In this document: positions 58,401 to 64,000 of the stretch, one piece after another | Position numbering within the stretch: position 1 is the first letter of the stretch | Layout: every line of letters begins with the position of its first letter | From: Eledone cirrhosa | Lineage: Eukaryota | Assembly (NCBI GenBank): GCA_964016885.1 | Contig: OZ024740.1 | Location: forward strand, 158,658,001 to 158,722,000 | DNA: 64,000 bases | Direction: 5' to 3' | Program-made: the position numbers and the translations under genes | The notes under the pieces: generated by a model | The model's input: only the letters and a program-made list of their open reading frames with translations | What the model was told of the DNA's origin: nothing | Database searches by the model: none

Positions 58401-59559
58401 ATCATCATCATCATCATCATCACCGTTTTACGTCCGTTCTTCCACGCTAGCATGGGTTAGACGGGTTGTCCTGTTGTGGGCAGTGTCTGGTCGGCTGACC
58501 ATGCCTTGCTCATACAGGAACTGATCTGGCTTGATTTCTACAGCTGGATGCCCTTCCTAACACCAACCTCATTTACAGTGAGTGCTGGGTGCTTTTTCGT
58601 GGCGCCTACACGTCCACTTTACAGTGTGGGCTGGGTGCTTTTTTGCCGTGGCACCTCCACGACCACCTTGCGGTGGGGGGGGGGGGGGGGCATATTGTTT
58701 ATATGCTTCAGCATGGGAGGTCGGGTACCCTGTATTACTGCGTGACGCCAGAAGTCACGGTCGTGTGTCATTGACTTTGAGAGGTGTAGTTGGGTAAGGT
58801 CGGCTTTTATCACCTCATCCCAAGTCATCTTGGGTCTCCCCACTCTGCGGTTTCCATCAACTTCTAGTGCTCTGCACCTTTTTATGCAGCTGTCATCCTT
58901 CATACGCATCACATGTCCATACCAGCGTAACCGCCTCTCCTGCACGCAGCATTTGATTCCTCTTATGCTCAGTCTCTCTCTCAATTCCTTTATGCTTTGT
59001 CGTTCACGTATATTACTGTTACACATCCATCGGAGCATGCAGGCTTCGTTTCTCTCTAATCTACGTAAGTCTTCCACCTTCAGCGCCCAGGTCTCACTAC
59101 CATGCAACATCGCTGTTCGGATACACGCATCATACATTCTGCCTTTCATTCTGAGGGAGAAGCCTTTTGCAGCTAGCAGTGGTAGTAGTTCCCTAAACTT
59201 CTTCCGTCCCGTTCTTACCCTAGTTATTGTACTTTCTGAGCACCCACCTCCGTTGCTAATTCGGTCACCTAGGTAGCAGAAGCTGTCTACTGTTTCTACA
59301 GGGCCCTCCCAGAGATTGGTGGTACTTGTTTCCTGTGGCTGTTTGCTTGCTGTTTCAGCACAGCTGCTGCATGTGAATCCTACATTCTTAATTAAGCTTC
59401 CTGAGATCCCGCTACATCTCTTGTGTACCCATTGTTTGCATTTGGGGAAGAGAATGGAGTTCCTACCTACACCTTTCCTACATACTGAGCAAGGCCATTT
59501 CCCTGAGGGGATCTGGGTTCTGTTTTCTCGTCTACTTATAAGGACCTTAGTCTTTGTCG
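58401..59559 (-). mobile_element. 5'-truncated RTE-clade LINE: RT C-terminal part with PHD-like finger, 3' UTR and (GAT)n tail
   Basis: Open frame KTKVL..WPCSVCRKGVG..KCKQWVHKRCSG..FTCSSC..FCYLGD..MLHGSETW..RRLRWYGHVMRM..GRPKMTW; these motifs are typical of RTE ORFs. Confidence 0.9.
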
Positions 59560-59671
59560 TTATATATATATAACATTATATATATATAACGAGTGACCCT
59601 AGTCTCACTCGTTATATATATATAACGAGTGGTTACTCCTTCATTACGTTTATATATATATATATATATAT

Positions 59672-59732
<61 letters not shown>

Positions 59733-59803
59733 CATATATATATATACATACATATATATATATACATATATACATACATATATATATATACATATATACA
59801 TAC

Positions 59804-59838
<35 letters not shown>

Positions 59839-59857
59839 CATATATACATATATATAC

Positions 59858-59922
<65 letters not shown>

Positions 59923-60012
59923 AATACATATATATACATATATATATATAAATACATATATATACATATATATATATACATATATATATACACATATATA
60001 TACACACATATA

Positions 60013-60064
<52 letters not shown>

Positions 60065-60065
60065 C

Positions 60066-60100
<35 letters not shown>

Positions 60101-60143
60101 CATATATATATACATATATATATATATACATATATATATATAC

Positions 60144-60248
<105 letters not shown>

Positions 60249-60333
60249 CATATATACATATATATATACATATATATATATATGTATAATATATATGTAT
60301 AATATATATGTATATATATATATATATATATAC

Positions 60334-60414
<81 letters not shown>

Positions 60415-60668
60415 CGAATATATATACATATATATATACATATATATATACATATATATTATACATATATATATACATATATATTATACATATATATATA
60501 CATATATATATACATATATACGGGGTCTCTAACAAAATACACCCCGTCCCACCACCACCACCCCCACCCCATCCACACCGCCCCGTTCTATGTAAAGTTA
60601 TGTTGGTGCCGCGCCATCGAGGCCGAAACAAATGAGATCGTGTAGGTGTCACGACAAAAAAAACACAC

Positions 60669-60897
60669 AGTCCACGCTGTAATGTGGCCGTGTAGGCAAC
60701 ACGGTAAAAACCTCCCAGACCCACACTGTAAATGTGGTTGGTGTTAGGAAGGGCATCCAACTGTAGAAAACCTGCCAGACAGTCCTATGCGAGCAAGACA
60801 ATCACTCTTGCCTCAAGTGGGACTACCCCCGTCCAAACCCATGCAAGCGTGGAACACGGACGTTAAACGTTGATGATGATGATGATGATGATGATGA
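60669..60897 (+). mobile_element. Short RTE-family 3'-end element
   Basis: Near-identical to 56188-56411. Confidence 0.8.
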
Positions 60898-61036
60898 TAT
60901 ATACATATATATATACATATATATATACATATATATATACATATATATATATATATACATATATATATACATATATATATACATATATATATACATATAT
61001 ATATACATTTATACATATATATATATATATATATTT

Positions 61037-61107
<71 letters not shown>

Positions 61108-61110
<3 letters not shown>

Positions 61111-61442
61111 GAGGTGAGTTTTATTGTAGAACAATAAAACTATGCATATATCGGATATGTATCACTCAACAGTTTATAGGACTGGAGTATATATAAGAAG
61201 AAATGAAAAGATGGTTAAAAAAGTTCTATATATTTTATTATGCGCATTTCAAAAACAAATATCATCCTTGGACGATAGTTGTGTTCTCATCAAATAAAAT
61301 AAGGTAACATGTTTTTTAGGCGTCATATCATGTTACCTTATTTTATCTGATGAGAACACAACTATCGTCCTAGGATGTTTTTGAAATGCGCATAATAAAA
61401 TATATGGAACTTTTTTAACCATCTTTTAATTTCCTCTTATAC
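61108..61442. mobile_element. Fold-back HHR element (family H3), opposite orientation to 54291
   Basis: Tail 61108-61192, palindrome ~61193-61442, TA tracts on both sides. Confidence 0.85.
61339..61402 (+). ncRNA. Minimal type I hammerhead ribozyme motif
   Basis: TATTTTAT CTGATGA GAACA...TGTTTTT GAAATGCGCATA ATAAAATA: 8-bp stem I, intact core, palindromic ATGCGCAT stem III, AUA triplet. Confidence 0.8.
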
Positions 61443-61527
61443 ATATATATATACATATATTTACATATTTATATATACATATATTTATATGTATACATAT
61501 ATTTATATATACATATATTTATGTATT

Positions 61528-61585
<58 letters not shown>

Positions 61586-61674
61586 CACACACATACACAC
61601 ACATTCATATGTATATATGATATATATATATTTATATATATATATATATATATACATATATTTATATATTTTTA

Positions 61675-61705
<31 letters not shown>

Positions 61706-61763
61706 GCAAATTGTTTCAGAAGATCATCCTTAATAGGTTGAAAGCAGAAATTCTTTGCTTAAA

Positions 61764-61893
61764 TAATATCGAATCTATTAGATTTTGATATTATTTATTT
61801 TGAGAACAATACGTTAACATCAGTATGAGTGGCCAATTACAACTGGTTTGAACAGAAGAGGTGAGAGAATTTGACCGTTTAAATGCTAAAGGG
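61764..61893 (-). mobile_element. piggyBac-like MITE, partial
   Basis: One TIR TAAATGCTAAAGGG|TTAA plus family interior. Confidence 0.75.
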
Positions 61894-61913
61894 TTAAACA
61901 TTAATCTGTACTG

Positions 61914-61974
<61 letters not shown>

Positions 61975-62158
61975 ATATCCAAAATTAAGATAAATTAAAA
62001 AATTATCTCCTGTGATTATTCATGTTTATTTATATGTTAATCAATTTCTAGTTATTATATATATATATATATATATAATGGAAAATTTGAACAGGAACAA
62101 GACAGAGAGGCAGTACAACGAATGTTTATTAATTTCACGCTCTTGAGAGTGGGGTGGT

Positions 62159-62202
<44 letters not shown>

Positions 62203-62220
62203 CAGTACAGATTAATGTTT

Positions 62221-62373
62221 CCTTGAAATATGTATAATGATATAAATATGGTTTTATAAATATAGTTTCCATTTGTTAATATCGTATTTTTTACTCCAAT
62301 TATTTGTTGAGTGCTTTATATCAGTTATAAAAATATTTGCTTGTTGCATCACAACAATTTAAATAGAAATTTT
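62221..62373 (+). mobile_element. Truncated single-arm copy of family H2
   Basis: Starts at CCTTGAAATATGTATAAT (HHR 3' half) and continues through the arm and tail of 63553-63712. Confidence 0.7.
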
Positions 62374-62700
62374 ACATATATATATATATATATATCATAT
62401 ATACTAGATGGTGAGACATCGTGTAAAAGGTGATTTGAGAAGTATACTATTGCCACAGGTGTTAATATACAGTAAAACTATCTAATGGGGCTTATTCATG
62501 ATAATGGCACCAATTCTAAAATATTTAATGTAAAATATGATTTCTCATTTACGTTTGTGCAATAAGCATTATCAATAAAAATTATACTGTATTGCTCTTT
62601 GAAAGAAAGGGAGACAGTGAATTATACAACCCTCCTCCTCCTATTGATCTATATTTTCAAGTATGTATGTATCATATATATATTAGTATTCATATATATA

Positions 62701-62890
62701 ACGAAGGAAGTGTGGCAAGGAACCAGATGGACCATAACGCACCAGAGTACTCAATACTTAGGGTAGCAGTGTGGGTAATAGGAAAAGGTTTAACCCCGAC
62801 GGCAGAACTCAAGCCGCTTCGACGGCTAGTCCAGAAATAGCCATCGAAATGGCTCGAGCTCTGCCATCGGGGTTAAACATTTTCCTATTA
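62701..62890 (-). mobile_element. Fold-back element family H4
   Basis: Palindrome 62776-62890 plus a tail that is the reverse complement of 32735-32812. Confidence 0.8.
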
Positions 62891-63055
62891 TATCTATCTT
62901 TAGAGAGAGAGATATGTATATGTATAGATGTATATATATGTGTGAGAGAGAGAGATATGTATAGATGTATATATATCTTTAGAGAGAGATATGTATATGT
63001 ATAGTTGTATATATATGTGTGTGTATGTCAATAAATATATGTGTGTTTATATATG

Positions 63056-63086
<31 letters not shown>

Positions 63087-63147
63087 CAATAAATAAATGT
63101 GTGTACATAAATATGTAGATAAATATATATACATATATGTGTGAGTA

Positions 63148-63194
<47 letters not shown>

Positions 63195-63243
63195 GTGTGT
63201 ACATAAATATGTAGATAAATATATATACATATATGTGTGTGTA

Positions 63244-63309
<66 letters not shown>

Positions 63310-63314
<5 letters not shown>

Positions 63315-63711
63315 ATATTAAATAAATTGAAACTATATTTATAAAACCATATTTATTCTATTATATATATATTTCAAGGGTTCCAAAAACTTTGGTACGC
63401 TTTCATCAGATAAAATACAAAGTGTGTTTATAAACTTTTGACATAGACAAGGAAGGAAAATTCAACTGATAAGGTATGTTCCTTGGCTATGTCAAAATTT
63501 ATAAAACACACTTTGTATTTTATTTGATGAAAGCGTACCAAAGTTTTTGGTACCCTTGAAATATATATAATAGAATAAATATGGTTTTATAAATATAGTT
63601 TCCATTTATTTAATATCATTGAATATTTACTCCGGAAAACTGCCGAGTGCTCTGAATCAGTTATAAACATTTATATTTGTTGAATTTCCAACAAATTAAA
63701 TATCCCTTCTG

Positions 63712-63712
<1 letters not shown>
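63310..63712. mobile_element. Fold-back HHR element (family H2)
   Basis: Palindrome 63310-63621 plus right tail. Minus HHR 63354-63417 (CTGATGA intact); plus HHR 63516-63577 (TTGATGA, stem II GTACCAAA/TTTGGTAC). Confidence 0.85.
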
Positions 63713-63773
<61 letters not shown>

Positions 63774-64000
63774 ATATGTGTGTGTGTGTCAATAAATATA
63801 TGTGTGTACATAAATATGTAGATAAATATATATGCATATATGTGTGTGTGTATATATGTATATATATGTATATATAGATGTATATATATGTATATAGATG
63901 TATATATAGATGTATATATATGTATATAGATGTATATATAGATGTATATACATATATATATATGGATGTATATATATATGTATATAGATGTATATATATA

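Overview
Eukaryotic, repeat-dominated window with no confidently intact host gene. The repeat content looks molluscan, probably octopus (inference). Bases 1-~22,990 are one array of about 760 copies of a 30-bp unit (ACCAACAACACTACCAACAACCACCACACC). It reads as a mucin-type PTS repeat (PTTLPTTTTP) on +, but carries six frameshifts and an in-frame TGA near its end. A second Thr-rich array (TNAPSPT + (ACC)n) lies at ~40.57-42.73 kb. The rest is AT-rich DNA with tRNA-derived SINEs, RTE-clade and R4/Dong-like LINE fragments, piggyBac- and mariner-type MITEs and very long (TA)n/(TATG)n tracts. The most notable signal is several distinct small elements inside (TA)n microsatellites that carry minimal type I hammerhead ribozyme (HHR) motifs. 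Most are fold-back palindromes with a one-sided tail, and they look like non-autonomous Penelope-like/retrozyme-type elements. Almost all ORFs in the supplied track are artefacts of repeats.
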